Below are positions 7,882 through 15,387 of a DNA stretch of 21,557 nucleotides, one piece after another. The stretch lies in contig CBFGJZ010000010.1 in assembly GCA_965649215.1 (NCBI GenBank), positions 7,600-29,156 of the forward strand. The letters run 5' to 3'. The notes beneath the pieces were generated by a model that was given only the letters and a program-made list of their open reading frames with translations, did not search any database and was not told the origin of the DNA. Each line of letters begins with the position of its first letter. The stretch's first letter is position 1. The stretch comes from a candidate division WOR-3 bacterium (lineage in GTDB: Bacteria; Hydrothermota; Tepidihabitantia; Tepidihabitantales; CAIPLT01). Made by a program: the position numbers and the translations under genes.

Positions 7882-8540
7882 ACCAAACTCCCAATTTTTT
7901 CTCCTTTTAAAATCTTTTTTAAATTATTTTCTTTAAAAACATTAAAGACGACAATCGGAATTGGGTGATCTTTTAATAATGCAAAAGCTTGCTGGTCGAT
8001 AACTTTTAAATTTTGTTTAATTGCCTGCTCATATGATATCGTTTTGAGTAACTTGGCATTTGGGCTTATTTTAGGATCGGCACTATAGATACCATCTACA
8101 TTAGTTGCTTTTAAGATTACATCTGCATTTAACTCCAATGCGCGCAGAGCACTAGCCGTATCGGTTGAAAAATAAGGTAAACCACTACCTCCAGAAACAA
8201 TCACAATTTTATTGTCTTTTAAATACTTTAATGCTTTCTCGACCTGATAAGACTCAATCATTCCTTCGAGATTGAGTGCACTTAAATGGATGGCTGTGGG
8301 TCTTAATATATATTCAAGTAAAATCCCATTAATTACCGTTCCTAACATCCCAGCTCGGTCAATAATTAATTGATTGTTAAACTTCGCATCACGTCCCCGA
8401 AAGAAATTACCTCCGCCTACCACAATCACCAGTTGAAATTTATTTTTTACGCAATATTTTAATTCTTTAGCAATATTCTGGAGTCGTTGGGAATTTGAGA
8501 AAACTTCGCCTGTCAGTTTTAAAATACCACGCCGATACAC
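7875..8540 (-). CDS. pyrH: Uridylate kinase (start may be ATT at 8552, see findings)
   Basis: LKLTGE, VVGGGNFFRG, PYFSTDTA.ALRA.E and NVDGIYSADP; lies between tsf and frr. Confidence 0.95.
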   Translation of the reverse strand: MYRRGILKLTGEVFSNSQRLQNIAKELKYCVKNKFQLVIVVGGGNFFRGRDAKFNNQLIIDRAGMLGTVINGILLEYILRPTAIHLSALNLEGMIESYQVEKALKYLKDNKIVIVSGGSGLPYFSTDTASALRALELNADVILKATNVDGIYSADPKISPNAKLLKTISYEQAIKQNLKVIDQQAFALLKDHPIPIVVFNVFKENNLKKILKGEKIGSLVC

Positions 8541-8591
8541 TAAATCTTGAATAACAAACTCCTTATTTTTAGAATCTAATCTTATATAAGA

Positions 8592-9188
8592 TTAATCTTC
8601 ACCTAGTTTAAATCGCACAAATCTTTTAATTTTAATATTTTCCCCATATTTTGCGATTTGTTCTTTTAGGTAATCACCAACCTTGAGCTCGGGTGTCTTA
8701 ACAAACGGTTGTTCTAAAAGACAGACATCGCTAAAAAACTTTTCTAATTTACCTTGGATAATCTTCTCAATTACTGCTTTTGGTTTATTACTGTTAGCAA
8801 GTTGTTCTTCGTAGATTTTTTTCTCGGCTTCAATTTTTTCCTTTGAAAGATCTTCTCGTGAAATTGCTTGCGGATCAGTTGCCGCTATTTGCATGGCAAT
8901 ATCCCTCACAAAGCGACGAAATTCTTGATTACGAGCGACGAAATCGGTTTCGCAGTTAACTTCAACTAAAACACCCAACCTTTCGCCAGGATGAATATAA
9001 GCATCAATAACACCTTGGGCAGTTAGTCGTTCGGCTTTTTTGGCTGCGGCGGCGATACCTTTTTTACGAAGATATTCAATTGCTTTTTCAATATCGCCTC
9101 CCGTTTGTTCTAACGCTTCTTTACAGTCTAAAACACCCGAACCCGTGCGGGCTCTTAATTGAGTTAATAATTCCATTGATATTTTCAT
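8592..9188 (-). CDS. tsf: Translation elongation factor Ts (short, ~200-aa form)
   Basis: LRARTG.GVLDCKEAL, EVNCETDFVA and LLEQPFVK; ATGA overlap with rpsB. Confidence 0.98.
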   Translation of the reverse strand: MKISMELLTQLRARTGSGVLDCKEALEQTGGDIEKAIEYLRKKGIAAAAKKAERLTAQGVIDAYIHPGERLGVLVEVNCETDFVARNQEFRRFVRDIAMQIAATDPQAISREDLSKEKIEAEKKIYEEQLANSNKPKAVIEKIIQGKLEKFFSDVCLLEQPFVKTPELKVGDYLKEQIAKYGENIKIKRFVRFKLGED

Positions 9189-9919
9189 GTTTCTGTTGCC
9201 TCATTTTCTTTTTCTGCTTCGGTGTCATCAACAAAACCTTTTCTACCTTCTAAAACGGCATCCGCCATGATACTGGTAATCAATTTAATTGACCGTAATG
9301 CATCGTCATTACTAGGAATCGGATAGTCAATTTTTTCAGGGTCACCATTGGTGTCAATCATTGCGACAACCGGAATTTTTGCGCGCCGTGCTTCTGCTAA
9401 TGGCGTTGCCTCTCGAACCACGTCAACTAGATAAATAATGCCCGGTAGACGGTCCATTTCTTTGACACCAGCAAAAATTTTTAATAATTTTTTATACTCT
9501 CGTTCTAATTTTAATAATTCTTTTTTGGTATAACGTTCTGTCCGCCCTTCACTTAAAATACGTTCTAATTCAGCTAAACGGCTAATCCGATTAGAAACCA
9601 CTTCAAAATTCGTAAGCAGACCACCTAACCAACGCTCATTCACATAAAACGCACCACATCGTTTCGCTTCTTCTTCAATAATTGGTTTTGCTTGTTGTTT
9701 AGTGCCGACAAAAAGGACATCTTGACCCAATTCCGCTACTCGTCGCATTGCATCGGCTGCGATTTTGATACGTTCCAGGGTTTTCTCTAAGTCAATAATG
9801 AAAATATCATTCTTTTTACCAAAAATATAGGGCTTCATTTTGGGATTCCAGCGACGAGCTCGATGCCCAAAATGAACACCAGCCTCTAATAAATCTTTGA
9901 TCGTTATCGTTTGGTCCAT
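9185..9919 (-). CDS. rpsB: 30S ribosomal protein S2
   Basis: LLEAGVHFGH...WNPKM, FVGTK.QA, RWLGG.LTN and IPSNDDA. Confidence 0.99.
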   Translation of the reverse strand: MDQTITIKDLLEAGVHFGHRARRWNPKMKPYIFGKKNDIFIIDLEKTLERIKIAADAMRRVAELGQDVLFVGTKQQAKPIIEEEAKRCGAFYVNERWLGGLLTNFEVVSNRISRLAELERILSEGRTERYTKKELLKLEREYKKLLKIFAGVKEMDRLPGIIYLVDVVREATPLAEARRAKIPVVAMIDTNGDPEKIDYPIPSNDDALRSIKLITSIMADAVLEGRKGFVDDTEAEKENEATET

Positions 9920-10293
9920 TGGAATCGTTTCCTTCTTTTGGCAAGACCGTATTTCATCCGTTCCTTTTCACGAGGATCGCGCTTTAGCAGTCCTGCATCT
10001 TTTAAAGTCTTTCGCAATTCTTCGTTCTGTTGCACCAAAGCCCGTGCCATTCCTAAAGCAATAGCGCCGGCTTGAGCTGATATACCACCGCCTCTTACTT
10101 TACATAAAACATCAAACTGATTTTCAAGCCCCGTGGTTTTCAGCGGTGCCATTACTAAGTCTAACAAATCATCTCGACCTAAATATTTTTTTGCTTCTTG
10201 ATTGTTTATCTTTATATTTCCTTTACCGCTTATTAACCATACTTTTGCGGTTGCCGTCTTTCTTGAACCAGTTGCAAAAATACTATTCTTCAT
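9904..10293 (-). CDS. rpsI: 30S ribosomal protein S9
   Basis: ATGSRKTATA, GGG.SAQAGAI..G.ARAL and RDPR.KER.KYGL...RKR.Q..KR. Confidence 0.99.
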   Translation of the reverse strand: MKNSIFATGSRKTATAKVWLISGKGNIKINNQEAKKYLGRDDLLDLVMAPLKTTGLENQFDVLCKVRGGGISAQAGAIALGMARALVQQNEELRKTLKDAGLLKRDPREKERMKYGLAKRRKRFQWTKR

Positions 10294-10302
10294 AATCTAA
10301 CT

Positions 10303-10746
10303 TTATCCTTTATTTCTAATATTTTGAATTGGTATCGGATTTTGTGCTTGATGCGGATGATGTTCATCGGCATACACTAAAAGTCGCTTCATGCGTCGTG
10401 CTTGCATCTTATTTTTAGGGAGCATCCGTTTTACTGCTAATTCCACAACCCGCTCAGGATGTTTAGCCAATAAATCTCGTAACGCAATCTGTTTTAAACC
10501 ACCAGGATAACCAGAATGATGATAATAAATTTTATCCGTCATCTTTTTACCGGTAACTTTAATATCTTTAGCATTTATCACGACTGCAAAATCACCATTA
10601 TCAATGTGCGGTGTAAAAGTTGGTTTATCTTTTCCCACGAGCACACGGGCAATTTGGGTTGCCAATCGACCTAAAGTTTGACCTTTTGCATCAAACAGAT
10701 ACCATTCACGCTTAATTTCGTCTTTTGTAAGAATATAACTTTTCAT
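10303..10746 (-). CDS. rplM: 50S ribosomal protein L13
   Basis: WY..DA.GQTLGRLA, KPTFTPH.D.GD, HSGYPGGLK, MLPKN and HPHQAQ. Confidence 0.99.
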   Translation of the reverse strand: MKSYILTKDEIKREWYLFDAKGQTLGRLATQIARVLVGKDKPTFTPHIDNGDFAVVINAKDIKVTGKKMTDKIYYHHSGYPGGLKQIALRDLLAKHPERVVELAVKRMLPKNKMQARRMKRLLVYADEHHPHQAQNPIPIQNIRNKG

Positions 10747-10759
10747 AATATAATCAATA

Positions 10760-10788
10760 TTTATACATTAAATTTATCGTTTTGTCAA
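10760..10788 (-). promoter_or_regulatory. Putative sigma-70 promoter for the rplM operon
   Basis: TTGACA (10788-10783), 17 nt spacer, TATAAA (10765-10760); 13 nt to the ATG, no SD. Confidence 0.7.
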
Positions 10789-10827
10789 TAGGTTACAATT
10801 CTTATTATCAAAATTAACGTTGTCTTA

Positions 10828-10867
10828 ATAAAAACTGGGGGCATAACTTTGCTAGAAGTTACGCCCC
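10828..10867 (-). terminator. Intrinsic terminator downstream of asnA
   Basis: On the minus strand GGGGCGTAACTT-ctagca-AAGTTATGCCCC forms a 12-bp stem with one G-U, followed by CAGTTTTTAT. Confidence 0.85.
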
Positions 10868-10898
10868 GCTTATGAGCTGCGTTCTTCTTTAGTGCTCT

Positions 10899-12038
10899 TT
10901 ATTCAAGCACAAAGATGTTTTTCTTGGCGCAGATATCTTTAAGAATCTTTGGCCAGACCGTCACTGAAACTTCGCCAAGATGGGCTTTTCGTAAGAGTAA
11001 CATACAAGTGCGTGATTGTCCAATACCACCGCCAATACTTAATGGAATTTCGTCTTTTAAAATTGCCTGGTGATACGGCATCTTTAAGAAATGCATTTGA
11101 CCGGTAATTTTTAATTGCTCAATTAAAGTATCTTTAGTCACCCGAATGCCCATGGAACTTAATTCGTGACGGCGCTTAGTCACAGGATTCCAAACCAGAA
11201 TATCGCCATTTAAACCATGCATCAATTGGCCGTTTTTAGTAATCGTCGGGGTGACCCAATCATCGTAATCGGCAGCCCGCATTTCGTGCGGATAACCATC
11301 TTTTAAAACCCAGCCAATCCCAATAATAAATATGGCAGGATATTTCTGTAAAATCGCAGTTTCTCGTTGTTTACGTGGCAAATTAGGATACATTTCTAAA
11401 ATCTCTTCTGCATGTAAAAAAACCAATTCATCAGGTAGGTTAGGATACTTCTTAGTCTTTAGTTTAGGAAATTCTTTTTGGATATAAGTTTCCGCGCCTT
11501 TGATCACCTTCCAAATTTTCTTGACTGTATTTTTGAGGTAATCCAAATTGCGATCTTTGGCAGTAATTACTTTTTCCCAATCCCATTGGTCAACATAAGC
11601 ACTATGGTCATGGTCTAAGAAATAATCTTTGCGCACTGCCCGCATATCCGTATTAATACCTTCGCCAACTTTGCACTTAAACTGCTTTAAGGCAACTCGC
11701 TTCCATTTAGTGGCGGCTTGCACAATCTGGGCATCGATTGGATGTTTATCATAATCGTTTGAGATGTGAAATTGAATCGGGGTGCGTGACCCATCTCGAT
11801 CAAGCATATCATTAACACCACTTTTGGAATCAACAATCAATGGCACCTCTACTGTAAATAAGTTTAACTCTTTGTTTAAATTATCTTCTATGTAGCGTTT
11901 TAAAAGAAACAAAGCATGTTGGGTTTCTTTTACATCTAATAGCGATTTATAATCAGTCGGCAAAATCTTTTCAATCTCTTTATAATTACCGATACCTGGA
12001 CCAGCAAGGTCGGCTTTCTTATCTAACTTTTTAACCAT
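10899..12038 (-). CDS. asnA: Aspartate--ammonia ligase (asparagine synthetase A)
   Basis: KWKR.AL, DMRA.RKD...D.DHSAYVDQWDWEK, RAADYDDW, LNGDILVWN, ELSSMGIRV and SIGGGIGQSR; SD GAGGAG. Confidence 0.96.
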   Translation of the reverse strand: MVKKLDKKADLAGPGIGNYKEIEKILPTDYKSLLDVKETQHALFLLKRYIEDNLNKELNLFTVEVPLIVDSKSGVNDMLDRDGSRTPIQFHISNDYDKHPIDAQIVQAATKWKRVALKQFKCKVGEGINTDMRAVRKDYFLDHDHSAYVDQWDWEKVITAKDRNLDYLKNTVKKIWKVIKGAETYIQKEFPKLKTKKYPNLPDELVFLHAEEILEMYPNLPRKQRETAILQKYPAIFIIGIGWVLKDGYPHEMRAADYDDWVTPTITKNGQLMHGLNGDILVWNPVTKRRHELSSMGIRVTKDTLIEQLKITGQMHFLKMPYHQAILKDEIPLSIGGGIGQSRTCMLLLRKAHLGEVSVTVWPKILKDICAKKNIFVLE

Positions 12039-12088
12039 TTTTACTCCTCTTAAATAACAATATTTATCTCTAACTCAAATTAATAAAA

Positions 12089-12116
12089 AGTATACTCATT
12101 TTTTAAATTTTGTAAA
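12089..12116 (-). promoter_or_regulatory. Putative sigma-70 promoter for asnA
   Basis: TTTACA (12116-12111), 16 nt spacer, TATACT (12094-12089). Confidence 0.65.
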
Positions 12117-12138
12117 GATTTTAAATGTTTTGATAATC

Positions 12139-12166
12139 TTGACTTATCTTTAATTTCAATTAGTAT
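12139..12166 (+). promoter_or_regulatory. Putative sigma-70 promoter for usp
   Basis: TTGACT (12139-12144), 16 nt spacer, TAGTAT (12161-12166). Confidence 0.6.
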
Positions 12167-12200
12167 AAGATATAGCTAAAACACTTTAATAGGAGGCACA

Positions 12201-12671
12201 ATGATTAAAATAACAAAGATACTCTGTCCAACGGATTTTTCTAACCCATCTCTTGAAGCATTAAAAATTGCTAATGATTTTGCTTTAGATTATAAAGCGA
12301 AGCTATATATCGTAAATGTTGTAACTCCAATTCCAATCTTAAGTGCCCCGCCGGGTTTTACAACCCCTGGACTTTCCACAAGTATGGATCTTGTTGCCTA
12401 TCGTAAAACTTTAGAAGAAGCTGCACAAGCCCAATTAAATGAACTTGTAAAATCCAACATTGCGAGCCAAGTTGAAACTATCCCCATCGTCACTTATGGT
12501 AACGCCGCAGAACAAATCTTAAAGATTGCTGATAGTGAAAATGTTGATTTGATTGTCATTGCTACCCATGGACGCACGGGCTGGAAACATTTAGTTTTTG
12601 GTTCGGTTGCCGAAAAGATCATTCGGATGGCCAAACAACCTGTGTTAACCATCCGCAAACCAAATGATTAA
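12201..12671 (+). CDS. Universal stress protein (UspA family)
   Basis: KILCPTDFS..S..AL and DLIVIATHGRTG...VFGSVAEKIIR.A..PVL; SD AGGAGG. Confidence 0.96.
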   Translation: MIKITKILCPTDFSNPSLEALKIANDFALDYKAKLYIVNVVTPIPILSAPPGFTTPGLSTSMDLVAYRKTLEEAAQAQLNELVKSNIASQVETIPIVTYGNAAEQILKIADSENVDLIVIATHGRTGWKHLVFGSVAEKIIRMAKQPVLTIRKPND

Positions 12672-12899
12672 AACAATAAAACCAGTGATCGCTGGAAATC
12701 CCAATCTAAATATTAAAGTGCCAATTACCTCGCTTACTTAATCAGCTCTCCCCAATCTTACTCAACGCCACGGCGCTTTAGTATTCCCATACCTGTTGCT
12801 TAATCATTCTCAAATTACAACCTGTTAGTAAACAACTTTTAAGATACCCCAAACACACAATACTAAACTAATCTTCAAAAACATTTCAAAGACCATGGC

Positions 12900-13005
12900 G
12901 GGGATTATACCCCATTGTTTGCGGTTTATTGATATTACTTATTGGTTATTAATAAGTTAGAATAAAAAAACGATCGAAAACCATGTAACTATTAGTTAAC
13001 ATTTT
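12900..13005 (-). repeat. Dispersed intergenic repeat, copy 2 (core AAACAATGGGGTATAATCCCC on the minus strand)
   Basis: Reverse complement aligns with 929-1033 at about 77/106 positions. Confidence 0.85.
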
Positions 13006-13035
13006 ACGGAAACATAAAATATTAAAACAACTAAG

Positions 13036-14286
13036 TTATTGTATTATTGTAAGGTATAACCAATAAATTAAAACATTGATAATTGTTAACGGTATACCGA
13101 TACGAGCGAATTCCCAAAAAGTCAGCGTCTTGTGTTTATCTCGTTTTTCTGTATTTTGAATTATTATCACATTACTAGCCGCACCCAAAATAAACAAATT
13201 ACCGGCAATCGTACTTGCCGCAGCCAATGACATCAACGCTTTGATTGATGCTCCCAAACTCATCAAAATTGGCTGGTATAAAGCAACCAATGGAACATTA
13301 GAAATAAGTTGACTTAACAGCACGCTCAGTCCAAAAATCACGGGTGTTGAATCCAATTTTAATTTCATACTATTTATTAGATTTTGAAAAAAACCACAAT
13401 TCCATACTGCTTGCATCAGCACAAACATTGCTGCAAAAAAAATTAGTGTTTTATAATCAATTTTTCTTAATACCCGCCATCTTTTAGAGCTTAACAAGAT
13501 TATCGGCAGACACGAAATTAAAGCAATATGAGTTAGTTTAAAGTCAAACGGTACTTTGATAAAATAAGTGGTTATTTTTATAAATATCAAACTAATTACT
13601 AACCCCAAAGCAATCTTTGATAAATAAGCCAGTTTTTTATCTTTAATCGGTTCTTGCGAGTGATCTAATTCTTGTTTATACAAGATTTGTCGGTAATAAA
13701 TTTTGATTAATAAAAACGCTACTAATAAATTAATTGTGGTTGGTAAAAGCAGATATTTAAGAAAAGCAATAAAAATTTTATTAATTTGCCCATTTAAAGC
13801 AATTAGCAAATTTTGGGGGTTGCCAATTGGACTTGTAACACTGCCAATCGTGATTGCAAATGCCAAAGTTAAAAGCAATGGTTTATAAGGTATATGGTGT
13901 TTCTTGGCTAATAGTAATACGACCGGAGTTCCAATAATTGCCATTGTATCATTCATTAATAGGATTGAACCAGCCCCCATAAAAAATAGAATCAATAAAA
14001 GGAGGTGGTCCAAATTTTTGGCTCGCTTAAAAATCTTATAAGAAAGATGCGAGAGATAACCACTCTGTTCCAATGCTTCACCCGTTATAAACATACCAAA
14101 TAAAAAGAGTATCACATCAAGATTTATTGCCTTCAAAGCATCAAGTGGTCTAATTTGTCCGCTTATTAACACAACCAATGCACCAAACAACATAATCTGC
14201 CAGATTTGTAGTTTAAATCTACCAACTTGTCGAATTGCAATTAGAATAAAAACAAACATTAAAACAATAATTGGAATTAGCCGCAT
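13036..14286 (-). CDS. ArsB/NhaD-superfamily anion permease (YbiR/CitMHS-like)
   Basis: Many TM helices; LMNDT, GS..SPIGNPQNLLIA, SQLISNVP and STIAGNL...GAASNVII motifs. Confidence 0.9.
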   Translation of the reverse strand: MRLIPIIVLMFVFILIAIRQVGRFKLQIWQIMLFGALVVLISGQIRPLDALKAINLDVILFLFGMFITGEALEQSGYLSHLSYKIFKRAKNLDHLLLLILFFMGAGSILLMNDTMAIIGTPVVLLLAKKHHIPYKPLLLTLAFAITIGSVTSPIGNPQNLLIALNGQINKIFIAFLKYLLLPTTINLLVAFLLIKIYYRQILYKQELDHSQEPIKDKKLAYLSKIALGLVISLIFIKITTYFIKVPFDFKLTHIALISCLPIILLSSKRWRVLRKIDYKTLIFFAAMFVLMQAVWNCGFFQNLINSMKLKLDSTPVIFGLSVLLSQLISNVPLVALYQPILMSLGASIKALMSLAAASTIAGNLFILGAASNVIIIQNTEKRDKHKTLTFWEFARIGIPLTIINVLIYWLYLTIIQ

Positions 14287-14370
14287 AATTTATCAAATGG
14301 TTTTAGTTTTGAAAAGGTAGTAATGTTATTTATTGTTAGTTTAGTATGATGTCTTTTCTTAATCTCTTCT

Positions 14371-15036
14371 CTAATTTAACACTTTATAGGTTAACCAAAT
14401 ATACCCTTTACTAAGATTCTTACATGACTTTAATTGTAGTTTTTTTGTCTCTTTTAAAGTCTCAAATACTTTTAAATCCTTTTTCCCGACAATAATTGGT
14501 GCGATCAACAAACTGATTTCATCTACGAGTCCTTTTTCTAATAGAATACCATTTAATGCTGGCCCACCATCAGTTAAGATTGTTTTCACTCGGTGTTTTT
14601 TCTGAAAAATAACAAATGTCTTTTTAAAATCAACCTTAAAATCACCCGTCAGAATAAAATCATAATTGCGTTCTTTTAAGTATTTTAGATAATGTCTCGG
14701 TGTTGTCTTGCAGACCAACACAACAATATCTTTACAATAAGATGACCTGCGCAAAACATGTAATAAACCCCGTAAATAACCACGCGTGTCCACAATCACC
14801 CAAATTGGTCTTTTATCATTGCGATTAACAATTGGTTTAAAAAAATCCTGACTGCTTTCTTTGGGTATTTCTCCTAGAATATCTTTGATACCTTGCTTAA
14901 GAGTTTGTGCACTAACTAAATGAATATCAGGGTTATATGTCTTAGCAATTTTATAATGCAAACCCGAATCTATCTCAAAGCCGAGCATTTCCCCATCAAT
15001 ACTTATTGTATTATGAATAATAACTTTTGGCTTCAT
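14371..15036 (-). CDS. RibD C-terminal (DHFR-fold) reductase domain protein, stand-alone
   Basis: KPKVIIH..ISIDG, VIVDTRG and ILTDGGPALNG.LL..GLVDEISLLIAP.IVG; no deaminase domain. Confidence 0.88.
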   Translation of the reverse strand: MKPKVIIHNTISIDGEMLGFEIDSGLHYKIAKTYNPDIHLVSAQTLKQGIKDILGEIPKESSQDFFKPIVNRNDKRPIWVIVDTRGYLRGLLHVLRRSSYCKDIVVLVCKTTPRHYLKYLKERNYDFILTGDFKVDFKKTFVIFQKKHRVKTILTDGGPALNGILLEKGLVDEISLLIAPIIVGKKDLKVFETLKETKKLQLKSCKNLSKGYIWLTYKVLN

Positions 15037-15102
15037 AATTTTATTTTTCCGCTGAAAAATTGATATTTAAAAAAATCACTCGGAGATATTCAATAAACCT
15101 CT

Positions 15103-15291
15103 TCACTGGATTTTCTGCGGTAGAATAAAAAGAATATTAGAAAGTGGAATTGCTGACTCTGCCTGCTTTGTTCCTGCGGGTGGAAAAGTTGTCTCTTTGA
15201 AAATCGCCCCAATCGTTTTGGCACAACCATCTTTTATCGTATATCCTTCGCATTCAAGATAACCACCTGATTTTAAATAAATTATTGGCAT
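15103..15291 (-). CDS. Small hypothetical protein (62 aa), possible Sm/LSm-like beta-barrel
   Basis: Strong SD (AAGAGGAG) upstream, fills an intergenic gap co-directionally with its neighbours, and has beta-strand-like segments IIYLKSG and AIPLSNILFI. Confidence 0.75.
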   Translation of the reverse strand: MPIIYLKSGGYLECEGYTIKDGCAKTIGAIFKETTFPPAGTKQAESAIPLSNILFILPQKIQ

Positions 15292-15387
15292 TTCTTTCTA
15301 TCTCCTCTTAAAATTCAAATGCGAAATTCCTTACCTTTTCTTCTGGATTATTCGCATTTATTTTGAATTTTTAATCTCGAAATACTA

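Noticed and set aside
12895-12960. Small ORF MAGIIPHCLRFIDITYWLLIS across the repeat core (+)
   Set aside because: The other copy lacks the ATG and has a 1-nt indel that breaks this frame.
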